48,743 bases of DNA, from assembly GCA_045645925.1 (NCBI GenBank), contig JAZRJQ010000010.1:1-48743 (forward strand), read 5' to 3'. Each line of letters opens with the position of its first letter. The first letter of the stretch is position 1. Below, one piece after another: positions 28,414 to 38,359 of this stretch. The notes beneath the pieces were generated by a model. The model was not told where the DNA came from. It saw only the letters and a list, made by a program, of their open reading frames with translations, and made no database searches. Position numbers and translations under genes: made by a program. Source of the stretch: Clostridia bacterium. Its GTDB lineage: Bacteria; Bacillota; Clostridia; Christensenellales; UBA1242.

Positions 28414-29043
28414 TTAATTAAAAATTTTGTCTATATGGTAATTCAACCTATCAATCAACATTGCAATAGCATAACCATCAATGGTTCTGTGGTTTGCTTC
28501 CACATTAAAGTTTACAAATTTTTTACCATCAACGTCTTTAATTTTATCCCAACCAAATCTTGGTATAAAATCGTCAGGATCACCAGTTTTTGGGTGTGCC
28601 AATTCAGTAACTTCCATCCAAGGCAAACAAGTGATGTAGCCAATACATTTGTTATCTCTTTTGATTGGGCTATATAACGAATTTTGTGCATCGTCAAGTT
28701 CTTTTGCCCTTTTGCAAAACTCTATAACATCATCCTTATACTCAACATCAACAAATCTAATGTTTCTTTCCCCTTTTCTAAGACAAACAAAGTTTATCCA
28801 TGTATGGTCATCAACAATAATTTCACCATCAACAACCCTAATGTTAAAATCTTCAACATCTTGTAATGCCTTAAATAAGGCATAGCCTAGTGAGAAATAA
28901 AAAGAAACGCCTTCTCTTTTTGCAAAACTATAAACCTTTGTAACATCAAGAGGTGTGGTAATTCCAAACCTTGGCATTTTATTTGCGCTATAACATTCAA
29001 AAAATTCTTTACGTTCCCAAGTATTTAAATCAATTTTTCTCAT
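28414..29043 (-). CDS. type-A chloramphenicol acetyltransferase family (CAT-like) O-acetyltransferase
   Basis: 209 aa. CAT-like start (MRKIDLNTWERKEFFECY), C-terminal catalytic-His region NHRTIDGYAIAMLI (compare HHAVCDGYH). GGGGAGA SD. Confidence 0.75.
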   Translation of the reverse strand: MRKIDLNTWERKEFFECYSANKMPRFGITTPLDVTKVYSFAKREGVSFYFSLGYALFKALQDVEDFNIRVVDGEIIVDDHTWINFVCLRKGERNIRFVDVEYKDDVIEFCKRAKELDDAQNSLYSPIKRDNKCIGYITCLPWMEVTELAHPKTGDPDDFIPRFGWDKIKDVDGKKFVNFNVEANHRTIDGYAIAMLIDRLNYHIDKIFN

Positions 29044-29158
29044 AAAATATTCTCCCCATATTTACTACGCATAAGTTTATCATTTTAACAAACTTTAAAC
29101 AACAAAATTCCTTATATATAATTAAATATATATTCAATATGTTATATTAAAAAAAATA

Positions 29159-29187
29159 TTGACACATTTAAATTGTTATGTTAAACT
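29159..29187 (+). promoter_or_regulatory. sigma-A-type promoter for helD
   Basis: TTGACA, a 17-nt spacer, then TAAACT with the extended TG (TGTTAAACT), about 105 nt upstream of the helD ATG. Confidence 0.5.
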
Positions 29188-29294
29188 AGTTCTGCTAATT
29201 TTTTCGTACTAAAAATGTCAAAAGTATCGGTATTTTGAGGTTTTTAGTACTTTTTTATTAGTCCTAAAATTAAATAGTAGCGAGGTGGAAATTT

Positions 29295-31349
29295 ATGAGT
29301 GACAAATTGATGCAACAAGAAACTCAAGTGCTAGATAAAACCTTACAAGCTGTGCAGAACAAAATAGGAGTTCTGCAAGAAGAAAAACAATACTACTTAG
29401 ACAAAGGACTTAAAAGCAGAGCTGAATTCTGGGATTCCATTACCGATATGGACGACGTGGAAAAAGCTTTGAACAAAACAATTTTTGACCAGACCGTTGA
29501 TGATTATATGGTTGTGTTTAGAATGTTGCGTAGTTACGAAAAAATGCTAGACAGCCCATATTACGGCAAAATTAGAATTAAAGAAGACGGTAAAGAACAA
29601 GAATTGTATATTGGTTTGTGTGGATTCAATGAACCCCCTGCACCATTCATACTAGATTGGCGTGCTCCGGTTTCAAGTTTGTTCTACGACTATGAAGTTG
29701 GACCTGCACAATACGAAGTGCAAGACGAAAAGAAAGACCTTGACTTGCTTTCCAAAAACCAAATTAAAATTGAAAAAGGTCAATTACAATATATTATTAA
29801 CAGTTCATTAAAAATTGACGATGAAATTTTGCAAGAAGCGTTATCACACAACACAAGTGAAAAAATGAAAAACGTGGTTGCAACAATTCAAAAAGAACAA
29901 AACAACATTATTAGATTACCATACAAAACAAATGTTATTGTTCAAGGGGTTGCCGGAAGTGGAAAAACAAGTATTGCCCTACACCGAATTGCATTTTTAC
30001 TTTATCGTCAACGCAACGTGTTAAATTCAAGAAACGTTCAAATTTTATCACCTAACACCGTATTTGAAGATTATATTTCAAACGTGTTACCTGAAATGGG
30101 TGAAGAAAACATTAAAAGCATTAACTTCGACAGAATTATTAACGACTATTATTACGAACGCAAACAACAAGTTGAAAACAAAGCTGAACAATACGAACGT
30201 ATTTTAAAACTTAGAAAACTTACACCTGATATTTCTTACAAAAACTCAATTGAAATTATTAACGACTTAGAAACATTTTTAAAAGAAAATATTTTGGGTT
30301 ATTTAAAAATTAGTGATTTTGTTAAAGAAAACTTTGTTATGGAAAAAGAAAGCATAATCGAAGTTTACAAACAATATTACGATTTACCTTTCTGGCAAAT
30401 CAAAAACAAAATTAAAGGTCAGTTGGCAGTTAAAAGTGCATTATGGGATTTTGAATATAACGAATATAAAACAAACTTGGCAATTGAAAGATATTTAAAA
30501 TACCTTACACCTAAAAACCTGAACACCACAATTTACAAAGATTTTTTGGCAAAGCATGGTTTCACTTACACAAAAGTAAACGGCAAAATAAAATATGAAG
30601 ATGCTTTCCCACTAATGCTTATTGACAACTATCTTGACGGCCTTGCAAGTTTTACATCGGTTCAACACTTAGTGGTTGACGAAATGCAAGATTACAGCCC
30701 AATGCAATTTAGAGTGTTAAACATTTTGTACCCTTGCTCAAAAACAATTTTGGGTGACTACGGTCAAAGCATGTGCCCAAAAGAAAGCAAACAAGCAATT
30801 GAACAACTGCATAGTTTGTTTGACAACTCAATGTACTTAACCATTAATCGTTGCTATCGTACCAGTGAAGAAATTGGTGAACTATGCAACTTGATTGGTG
30901 GACGTGAAGATGTTGTTATGGTTAGAAAAGGTGGAAATCAACCAGGCATTATCAAAACCAAAAACGAAGAAGATTTAATTAAACAAATCAAAAACATTTT
31001 GGAACAAGTTAAAGAAAAAGAATATAAGAACATTGCAATTATTACCAAAGACCAAGTTGAATGTGATTATTATGTTAATCTACTTAAACCACACATGGAA
31101 GTTGAAACAATTAGTGCAAACTCAGTAACATTACCAAACGGATTAATTGTTGTTCCAAGTTTCCAAAGTAAAGGTTTAGAATTTGACTGCGTTATAATAC
31201 CTAACGCAAGCGAAAGCAATTATAATTCAGAATTTGAATTCCAAAACTTATATATTTCTGCATCACGTAGTTTGCATCACTTGTTTGTGTTGTACGAAGG
31301 CAAACCTTGCGAACCACTTAAAAAATATATAAACAAAAAACAAATTTAA
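29295..31349 (+). CDS. helD: HelD-type UvrD-like helicase (RNA polymerase recycling ATPase)
   Basis: 684 aa. N-terminal coiled-coil region, Walker A GVAGSGKTSIALHRIAFLLY, DEMQDY Walker B, C-terminal UvrD_C-like motif (QSKGLEFDCVII...LYISASRS). GAGGTGG SD. Confidence 0.8.
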   Translation: MSDKLMQQETQVLDKTLQAVQNKIGVLQEEKQYYLDKGLKSRAEFWDSITDMDDVEKALNKTIFDQTVDDYMVVFRMLRSYEKMLDSPYYGKIRIKEDGKEQELYIGLCGFNEPPAPFILDWRAPVSSLFYDYEVGPAQYEVQDEKKDLDLLSKNQIKIEKGQLQYIINSSLKIDDEILQEALSHNTSEKMKNVVATIQKEQNNIIRLPYKTNVIVQGVAGSGKTSIALHRIAFLLYRQRNVLNSRNVQILSPNTVFEDYISNVLPEMGEENIKSINFDRIINDYYYERKQQVENKAEQYERILKLRKLTPDISYKNSIEIINDLETFLKENILGYLKISDFVKENFVMEKESIIEVYKQYYDLPFWQIKNKIKGQLAVKSALWDFEYNEYKTNLAIERYLKYLTPKNLNTTIYKDFLAKHGFTYTKVNGKIKYEDAFPLMLIDNYLDGLASFTSVQHLVVDEMQDYSPMQFRVLNILYPCSKTILGDYGQSMCPKESKQAIEQLHSLFDNSMYLTINRCYRTSEEIGELCNLIGGREDVVMVRKGGNQPGIIKTKNEEDLIKQIKNILEQVKEKEYKNIAIITKDQVECDYYVNLLKPHMEVETISANSVTLPNGLIVVPSFQSKGLEFDCVIIPNASESNYNSEFEFQNLYISASRSLHHLFVLYEGKPCEPLKKYINKKQI

Positions 31350-31365
31350 TTTTAGGACAACAAAA

Positions 31366-31397
31366 AAGACAGTTAACTAAAACTGTCTTTTTTTATA
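31366..31397. terminator. bidirectional terminator between convergent helD and hydA
   Basis: Stem AAGACAGT / ACTGTCTT with A-run and T-run flanks. Confidence 0.65.
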
Positions 31398-31403
31398 AAT
31401 CAA

Positions 31404-33098
31404 TTAATCTTCGTGGTGATGATGTAAAAGTTTTTTATGAAGTCCGTCCGGAACTAAAAAGTTTTCGTACAAATCCATAACTTGTGTGTTTTGATGACTT
31501 TTACGATTTTCTAATTTTTGGTCGTGTTTATACAAACCTTTTGCACGAAGTTTTGCAACATCGTAATAATCGGTTTGTGTGTAGTCAACAAATGGTTGAC
31601 CACCACCATTTACGCAACCACCAGGGCAAGCCATAACTTCAACAAAATCGTAATGTTTTTTACCTTTAACAATTTGTTCTAAAACTGTTTCAGCATTTTT
31701 TAAACCGTTAACGACACAAATGTTTAAGTTTTTGTCAGAAACTGTAAGTTTAATTTCTTTTAATCCATTACTTTGACGTACTGTTTTAAATTCAACAGCA
31801 CCGTTACCATCTGTTAACTTGTCAGCAACTGTACGCAAAGCTGCTTCGGTAACACCACCTGTAACACCAAAAATTAGTGCTGCACCAGAGTAGTTTCCTA
31901 GTGGATTATCAAACGCAGAATCTGGTAATATGTTAAAGTTTATGTTTTTCATTTTAATTAATGCAGCAAGTTCTCTGGTTGTTAACACTGCATCAACATC
32001 AGGGTTATCAATAATTTCATGTTTCTTTGCTGTACATGGCATTACTGCAACAACTTTAATTTTTGCTGGGTCAATGTTGTTTGCTTTTGCGTAATAATTT
32101 TTAATTACTGCACCCAACATTTCGTTAGGGCTTTTGCAACTTGAAAGGTTTGCAACATAGTCTGGGTAATGAATTGATAAGTATTTTTTCCATGCTGGAC
32201 AACAACTTGTAAACAATGGAAGTTTTTTGTCAGTTGTAAGCCTATCAATAAGTTCAGCACTTTCTTCTAGCACTGTTAAGTCGGCACCAACGTTAACATC
32301 AAACACCTTGTTAAAACCACAACGTTTTAATGCTGTAACCATTTTACCTTCAACAAACTCACCCATAGCATAACCAAATTCTTCACCAAGCGCAACACGC
32401 ACTGCTGGTGCAACTTGTGCAATAACAATGTTTTCAGGGTCGTTCATAAAGTTTGTAACTTTACTTATATTGCTGGTTTCAAGTAGTGCACCAGTTGGGC
32501 ACACAAGCACACATTGACCACAGCCAACGCAAGTACTTTCGTTAACAGGCTTATCAAATTGACAACCAACAATTGTTGAATATCCCCTATATTGTTTTGC
32601 AATAGCACTTGTTGCTTGAATGTTTTTACACATGTTAACACATCTGCCACACAAAACACATTTTGAGTTATCACGCACAATACATGGCGAACTTAAATCA
32701 AGTTTAGGTTCAACTTCGCCACCAACTTTGGTTTCGTCACAACCAAAATCGTAACTTAGTTTTTGTAATTTACATTTTAAGTTTTTGCCACAAGTTAAAC
32801 ATTTTTTGTTATGGTTTGAAAGCAATAATTCAATGTTTGTTTTTCTTGCTTTCATAACACGATTATTGTTTGTTTCAACAACCATACCTTCTGCAACTTT
32901 ATTATTACAACTTGTAACCAAGTTTGCCTTGCCTTTAATTTCAACAACACAAACACGACACGCACCATCTTGGCACACATCTTTTAAATAACATAATGTA
33001 GGAATTTCGATTCCTGCTTTTTTTGCTGCTTCTAAAATTGTATCAGAAGAATCGGCTTGAACTTCAATGCCATCAATAATCAAATTAACTTTACTCAT
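31404..33098 (-). CDS. hydA: [FeFe]-hydrogenase catalytic subunit HydA (group A3, bifurcating type)
   Basis: 564 aa. N-terminal 2Fe-2S ferredoxin fold and multiple 4Fe-4S Cys motifs. H-cluster motifs TSCCPAW, MPCTAKKHE and EVMACPGGCVNGGGQP. Confidence 0.92.
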   Translation of the reverse strand: MSKVNLIIDGIEVQADSSDTILEAAKKAGIEIPTLCYLKDVCQDGACRVCVVEIKGKANLVTSCNNKVAEGMVVETNNNRVMKARKTNIELLLSNHNKKCLTCGKNLKCKLQKLSYDFGCDETKVGGEVEPKLDLSSPCIVRDNSKCVLCGRCVNMCKNIQATSAIAKQYRGYSTIVGCQFDKPVNESTCVGCGQCVLVCPTGALLETSNISKVTNFMNDPENIVIAQVAPAVRVALGEEFGYAMGEFVEGKMVTALKRCGFNKVFDVNVGADLTVLEESAELIDRLTTDKKLPLFTSCCPAWKKYLSIHYPDYVANLSSCKSPNEMLGAVIKNYYAKANNIDPAKIKVVAVMPCTAKKHEIIDNPDVDAVLTTRELAALIKMKNINFNILPDSAFDNPLGNYSGAALIFGVTGGVTEAALRTVADKLTDGNGAVEFKTVRQSNGLKEIKLTVSDKNLNICVVNGLKNAETVLEQIVKGKKHYDFVEVMACPGGCVNGGGQPFVDYTQTDYYDVAKLRAKGLYKHDQKLENRKSHQNTQVMDLYENFLVPDGLHKKLLHHHHED

Positions 33099-33113
33099 TA
33101 TCCAATCCCCCTT

Positions 33114-34949
33114 TTACACTTTCTCAATTGCGTTAAACTTACATGTTCTTTGACAAGTTCCGCAACCAATACATTTTTCTTCGTCGATTTCAAATGGTTT
33201 TTTGATTTCACCATTTATACATTTTACTGGACAAGCCCTAGAACATGCTGAGCAACCAATACATTTTTCTTTGTTAATTCTATATTTTGGTGTTTTTGGT
33301 TTTCCTGCATTTTTAACCAAATCTTCATATTCATTTCTGAAAAATCTTAAAGTTGATAAAACTGGATTTGGTGAAGTTTGACCTAAACCACACAAACTAT
33401 TTTCTTTAATAAAGTGTGAAAGCGCTTCCAATTCATCAATATCTTCCATTGTTCCTTTGCCATCAAGCAATTTGTTAAGCAATTCCAACAAACGCTTGTT
33501 ACCAATACGGCATGGTGTACACTTTCCACAACTTTCGTCACAAATAAATTCAAGGAAGAATTTTGCAACTTCAACCATTGAACTATCTTCGTCCAAAACA
33601 ATAAGTCCACCTGAACCCATCATAGCCCCGTTTGCACTAAGATCATCATATGTTACAGGTAAATCAAGTTTTTCTTCTGGTAAGCACGCACCACTTGGTC
33701 CACCAATTTGAACAGCTTTAAACTTTTTACCATTAGGAACTCCACCACCAATATCAAAAATAATTTCACGCAAAGTTGTTCCCATTGGTAGTTCAATTAA
33801 ACCAGTGTGTTTAACTTTTCCACTTAGGGCAAACACTTTTGTTCCAGTGCTTTTACCCATACCAATTTGTTTGTACCATTCGCCACCATTTTTAATAATT
33901 TCGGTGATGTTTGCATAAGTTTCAACGTTGTTTAAAACTGTTGGGCAACTAAACACACCACTTTGTGCAGGATATGGTGGACGATTACGTGGTTCACCAC
34001 GTTTACCTTCTAGTGAATGCATAAGTGCAGTTTCTTCACCACAAACAAATGCACCAGCACCAAATTTGATTGTTAAATCAAAACTGAAATTTGAACCAAA
34101 AATATTTTTACCTAAGAATCCATATTTTTTAGCATCTTTAATTGCTTTTTCAAGTCGTTGACCTGCAAGTGGATATTCAGCACGCAAATAAACATAACCT
34201 TTACTTGCTCCTACTGCATAACCTGCAATTGCCATTGCTTCAATAAGTTTGTGTGGGTCGCTTTCAACAATACTTCTATCCATGAAAGCACCTGGGTCGC
34301 CTTCGTCAGCATTACAAACAACATATTTTTGTTTTGCTGTTTCTTTTGCTGTAAGTTCCCATTTAACACCAGTTGTAAAACCTGCACCACCACGGCCACG
34401 TAGTCCACTAAGTTTAACTTCATCAATAACACTTTGTGGTGTCATTTCGGTTACTGCTTTATATAGTGCTGTGTAACCAAACAATGCAACATAGTCTAAA
34501 ATATTGTCTGGGTTAATAAATTCACTATCTTTTCTAGCAATAAAGTGTTGTTTCTTATAAAAATCAATATCATTTTTTGTTTGTTGTTTAGGGTTTTCTG
34601 GGTCGTATAAATATTTTGTTGCAACAACACCATTTTTGATGTGACTTTCAACGATTTCTTTTGCTGCTTCTTTTGTTACACGGCAATAAAATGTTCCTTC
34701 TGGGTACACAATAACAATTGGACCCAATGCACACAAGCCAAAACAACCTGTTCTACCAACAGTAACGTTTGTTATGTTGTTTTCTTTTAATGCTTGTTCA
34801 AAAGACTTAATAACATCGTCGCCATGATTGCTTTTACAACCAGTACTTGAACAAACCATAATTTCTTTGCTATCAGAATTTTTGTTAAAACGAACGTCAA
34901 TTTCTTTTAAACGTTTTTCACGCAATTCAACTAACTCTTTATATGTCAT
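33114..34949 (-). CDS. hydB: NuoF-like flavoprotein subunit HydB (NAD(P)H/FMN-binding, Fe-S)
   Basis: 611 aa. GLRGRGGAGFTTGVKW FMN/NADH motif, ESCGKCTPCR 4Fe-4S motif, two C-terminal CxxCxxCxxxCP ferredoxin motifs. Confidence 0.92.
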   Translation of the reverse strand: MTYKELVELREKRLKEIDVRFNKNSDSKEIMVCSSTGCKSNHGDDVIKSFEQALKENNITNVTVGRTGCFGLCALGPIVIVYPEGTFYCRVTKEAAKEIVESHIKNGVVATKYLYDPENPKQQTKNDIDFYKKQHFIARKDSEFINPDNILDYVALFGYTALYKAVTEMTPQSVIDEVKLSGLRGRGGAGFTTGVKWELTAKETAKQKYVVCNADEGDPGAFMDRSIVESDPHKLIEAMAIAGYAVGASKGYVYLRAEYPLAGQRLEKAIKDAKKYGFLGKNIFGSNFSFDLTIKFGAGAFVCGEETALMHSLEGKRGEPRNRPPYPAQSGVFSCPTVLNNVETYANITEIIKNGGEWYKQIGMGKSTGTKVFALSGKVKHTGLIELPMGTTLREIIFDIGGGVPNGKKFKAVQIGGPSGACLPEEKLDLPVTYDDLSANGAMMGSGGLIVLDEDSSMVEVAKFFLEFICDESCGKCTPCRIGNKRLLELLNKLLDGKGTMEDIDELEALSHFIKENSLCGLGQTSPNPVLSTLRFFRNEYEDLVKNAGKPKTPKYRINKEKCIGCSACSRACPVKCINGEIKKPFEIDEEKCIGCGTCQRTCKFNAIEKV

Positions 34950-34961
34950 ACCTTTCCCCCG

Positions 34962-35441
34962 TTATTTCAACTTGTTTAAAACTTCTTCAACTTTGTCTTC
35001 GGTAACTTTGCCATGAATTTGACCATTAACACTAATAACTGGTGCTAATCCACAGCAACCCAAACAACGAGATTGAGTTAAGGCAAACTTATTATCTTCG
35101 GTTTGTTCGCCAACTTTAATTCCAAGTTTTTCTTCAAATTTTTTAATGCTTTTGTCTGCCCCCAAAACATAACAAGCAGTTCCCATACACACTTCAATAT
35201 TGTATTGTGCTTTTGGTTTTAGGGTGAATTGCGAATAAAAAGTTACAACAGAAAAAATGTCACTTTCAGGAACACCTAACGATTTTGAAATCTTTTTAAC
35301 AGCATCTTCTGAAATGTATCCAAGTTCTGCTTGAACCAATTGCAAACAATGAATTAGTTCGGTTGGGTCACCTTTAAATCTATCAATAATTTTATCAATT
35401 TTGGTTGGTTGACCACAATTTGTACAATTTTTACAAGCCAT
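34962..35441 (-). CDS. hydC: NuoE-like 2Fe-2S subunit HydC
   Basis: Thioredoxin-like 2Fe-2S motifs (CMGTAC...; CLGCCGLAP). I chose the ATG at 35441 because AAGGAAGG lies 5 nt upstream. The 29-aa N-extension of the track ORF has no SD. Confidence 0.88.
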   Translation of the reverse strand: MACKNCTNCGQPTKIDKIIDRFKGDPTELIHCLQLVQAELGYISEDAVKKISKSLGVPESDIFSVVTFYSQFTLKPKAQYNIEVCMGTACYVLGADKSIKKFEEKLGIKVGEQTEDNKFALTQSRCLGCCGLAPVISVNGQIHGKVTEDKVEEVLNKLK

Positions 35442-35569
35442 AATTCCTTCCTTTTTAATTAAATTGCAAGCGTGTTTGCTTGCCACAAACAAAAGTTGTA
35501 AAGCACCACTTTTGCACGCTAATATCATTTTAGCAAATTTAACTTGTTTTTAAAAATTAATTAACACAA

Positions 35570-35605
35570 AAAAAAGAAAGATTATTAAAAATAATCTTAT
35601 CTTTT
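35570..35605 (-). terminator. rho-independent terminator after the ABC exporter
   Basis: Stem AAGATTAT / ATAATCTT followed by T8 on the minus strand. Confidence 0.5.
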
Positions 35606-35629
35606 TGTTTTTTTATTAAACTAAACCTT

Positions 35630-37495
35630 TTATGCTTGTTGTTCAGTTTCTTCCAGTTGTTCGTTTTCTTCTTGTTTTGCTTTTTCTTCGGTTTTATATA
35701 GTTCTTTGTAAACTGAGCAATTACGCATTAAAAATCTGTGTGTGCCTTCGGCTTCAACTTGGTTGTTGTTAATAACCACAATTTTGTCGCAATCAACAAC
35801 TGTTGAAAGTCTGTGTGCCACAACAACAATTGTATGTGTGCGTTTTAAGTCGTCAATAACTTTTTTTATTTTATCTTGACTTTCGTTATCAAGTGCACTG
35901 GTTGCTTCGTCAAACAATATAATTTTACTATCTTTAAGCAACGCTCTGGCAATTGCCAAACGTTGACGTTGACCACCACTTAAAACAACACCATTTTCGC
36001 CAATCATGCTATCGTACTTGTCTGGCAAACTTAAAATATAATCGTGGATTTGTGCTTTTTTGCACGCATCAAATATTTCTTCTTGGGTTGCAGTTGGTTT
36101 AACCAACAACAAGTTTTCCATAATGGTTGTGTTAAATATGTATGGAATTTGCATAACAATTGTAACGTTGTCACGCAAACTTTTTTCAGTCAAATCGTTA
36201 ACATTAACATCGTCAATTGTAATTTTTCCATCTTGTACCTTATAAAGTTTGTCAATCAAACTTAAAATTGTGCTTTTACCTTGTCCACTTTTACCAACAA
36301 ACGCAACAGTTTGTCCTGCTTTAATTTCAAAACTCATGTCCTTAAACAAAGTTTTTCCTTCTTCATAAGCAAATGTAACATTTTCAAACTTAATATTTCC
36401 TTCAACAGTTTCAAGTTCGGTGTTACCAAAAGTTTCTTTTTTATAGGTTGTGCTTTCCAAAATTTCAAAAACACGTTCTGCTGCAAGTTCGCCATCAACC
36501 AAGTGCTGTTTAACATTAATAACATAGTTGATAAGTCCACGAACACGCCCCATATAAATATAAACAATAAGCATTGTGCTAAGTGCCATTAAATTGTTTG
36601 TTACCAAGAACACACAAACAGCAATAAAAGCAAAATCTAAAATAGCAATCAAAATTTGACCAACACGACGCCACCACATGTTTGTAAGGTCGAAGTGTTG
36701 AGAAATTGCAATTGCTTCGTTTTGCAATTGTTCTGCCTTTGCAATTGCTGCTTCTTTTAAATTTAAAACTTTTACATCACGAACACCACGAACAAGTTCG
36801 GAATATGTCCCAACAACTTTTTCGTCAGCTTTTTTCCAACGTTTTCGGTTTATGAACCATAGTTTTATGCGTTTGTTTTCAACAATAAATGTTGTTAAAA
36901 CGTAAACCACAATAAATAAAAATACCCAAATGTTTAAAAATCCAATATAAATAATAAATCCAATGTTTGAAATAATGTCTGCCAAGCAGTCAACAACATT
37001 GTTATAAAAACTTGAAAGTTCGTTTGCATCTTTGTTGATACGTGAAATAAACACGCCGGAATTGGTTTTATCGTAGTTTTGAGTTTCAAGTTCGGTTAAA
37101 CTAATAATTAAATCACGTTTAATATCGGTTTTAACACTTTTGTTTAATTTAATTAAAACAATATACCAAACCGTGTAAACCATTTGGTTGAACACCGTTA
37201 CACAGAACACGCAAACTGCATAGTACATAATTTTTTCAATGTTAAACTGTGTTAGTTGATCAACCATGTGTCCTTCAAACACTGGGTTAAGCACCGAAAC
37301 ACCACTGCCTAACAAACTAAGCAAGATTATGCAAATAAACAGGCCCATGTATTTACGGTAAAATCTAAATGCTTTTTGTAAGCCTTTGTAACCACGTTCT
37401 TTAATGTGTTCGTTTCCTGCACTATCTTTTACGGTTACGTATTTACTTTTTTCCTTTTTCTTTTTTGGTTCTTTTACAATTTTTTCTTTTGCCAA
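35630..37495 (-). CDS. ABC exporter, fused permease/ATPase (MsbA/ABCB-type half transporter)
   Basis: 621 aa from a TTG start with an AAGGGGTGG SD. Six-TM N-domain, Walker A GKSGQGKST, signature LSGGQRQR, Walker B ILFDEATSALD. Confidence 0.9.
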   Translation of the reverse strand: MAKEKIVKEPKKKKEKSKYVTVKDSAGNEHIKERGYKGLQKAFRFYRKYMGLFICIILLSLLGSGVSVLNPVFEGHMVDQLTQFNIEKIMYYAVCVFCVTVFNQMVYTVWYIVLIKLNKSVKTDIKRDLIISLTELETQNYDKTNSGVFISRINKDANELSSFYNNVVDCLADIISNIGFIIYIGFLNIWVFLFIVVYVLTTFIVENKRIKLWFINRKRWKKADEKVVGTYSELVRGVRDVKVLNLKEAAIAKAEQLQNEAIAISQHFDLTNMWWRRVGQILIAILDFAFIAVCVFLVTNNLMALSTMLIVYIYMGRVRGLINYVINVKQHLVDGELAAERVFEILESTTYKKETFGNTELETVEGNIKFENVTFAYEEGKTLFKDMSFEIKAGQTVAFVGKSGQGKSTILSLIDKLYKVQDGKITIDDVNVNDLTEKSLRDNVTIVMQIPYIFNTTIMENLLLVKPTATQEEIFDACKKAQIHDYILSLPDKYDSMIGENGVVLSGGQRQRLAIARALLKDSKIILFDEATSALDNESQDKIKKVIDDLKRTHTIVVVAHRLSTVVDCDKIVVINNNQVEAEGTHRFLMRNCSVYKELYKTEEKAKQEENEQLEETEQQA

Positions 37496-37526
37496 AGCGC
37501 CACCCCTTAAAAATTTTTTACAGCAT

Positions 37527-38060
37527 TTAAAACTGCTGAACGTTTGCTTTAAAATGTTTGGTTAAGTTAAAAATTTTGCTATGTTTAGTTTTATTTTTTA
37601 CGTCTAACAAAAATTGAATAATGTCGTCACGATTAATCAGTATCACATTTTGAATTTGTGCAATTGTTTTTGCGTTTTGTGTGTACTTCCAGTTGGTTAT
37701 AACGCATGCGAAATCTGCTTTGTAATACTTTAATGCCGAAGTAACTTCTTGTACAGAGTGGTTGCCAACACCATGTTTGTAATATAGTTTTGCCTGCACC
37801 ACAACTTTAAAACGTTTTGAAATCACCAAGTCAGCACCATAATCGCCTGAGCCACCAGTTTTTTGAACATTGTAACCAGCATATTCAAAAATCAATGCAC
37901 AAATATCTTCAAATTCTTCGCCAGTTAACGCATCAATTTTTGAAATTGTAACGCCTTTAAAAAACTTACCAATATAAATTTTTTTAAATTGGTTTACAAC
38001 AAGTTTTATTAACCACCACACAAGTGTTATTGGAAAGAATATAATTTTTAAAAAAGCCAT
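37527..38060 (-). CDS. membrane-anchored Mrr-cat (PD-(D/E)xK) restriction-endonuclease-domain protein
   Basis: 177 aa. N-terminal TM (IIFFPITLVWWLIKLVV), then LTGEEFEDICALIFEYAGYNV...GDYGADLV...VVVQAKLY...CVITNWKYTQNA, matching the Mrr_cat pattern. Confidence 0.65.
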   Translation of the reverse strand: MAFLKIIFFPITLVWWLIKLVVNQFKKIYIGKFFKGVTISKIDALTGEEFEDICALIFEYAGYNVQKTGGSGDYGADLVISKRFKVVVQAKLYYKHGVGNHSVQEVTSALKYYKADFACVITNWKYTQNAKTIAQIQNVILINRDDIIQFLLDVKNKTKHSKIFNLTKHFKANVQQF

Positions 38061-38132
38061 AATTATTAGTTTAATTATACATTAAAATTATATAAAAAAC
38101 ATTTAATTAACACCTATTTAAAAATTAAGGAC

Positions 38133-38158
38133 AAAAAAAGCTGGGTAAACCCAACTTT
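38133..38158 (-). terminator. rho-independent terminator after the 64-aa gene
   Basis: Minus strand stem AAGUUGGG / CCCAGCUU (one G-U pair) followed by U7. Confidence 0.5.
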
Positions 38159-38164
38159 TCCGTA

Positions 38165-38359
38165 CTATTTTTGTGTGGTTGGAACAACTGGTGTTGTGTT
38201 AATGTTTGCATTTGAAACATATTCAACACTATGGTCCATTGTTAAACTTGTTGTTCTAGCATAAACTGAACTGCCATTAATTAAGAAAGTAAGCATTAAG
38301 CTAGCAACAACTAAAACTAACGCCACCACGCAAATAGCTTTGCCAAATAATTTATTCAT
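38165..38359 (-). CDS. small secreted/membrane protein (64 aa), unknown function
   Basis: The ATG at 38359 has a GGGGAGA SD 7 nt upstream. Signal-like N-terminus MNKLFGKAICVVALVLVVASLMLTF. Confidence 0.5.
   Translation of the reverse strand: MNKLFGKAICVVALVLVVASLMLTFLINGSSVYARTTSLTMDHSVEYVSNANINTTPVVPTTQK

Noticed and set aside
31404-31430. HydA ends in LLHHHHED, which could be read as an engineered His-tag or vector contamination.
   Set aside because: There are only four His, followed by native Glu-Asp and a natural terminator, with no linker or vector sequence. This is most simply a natural His-rich tail.
35442-35528. 29-aa N-terminal extension of the NuoE-like HydC ORF (track start at 35528).
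   Set aside because: The extension has no SD. The internal ATG at 35441 is preceded by AAGGAAGG at ideal spacing, and the protein then begins where NuoE homologs usually do.
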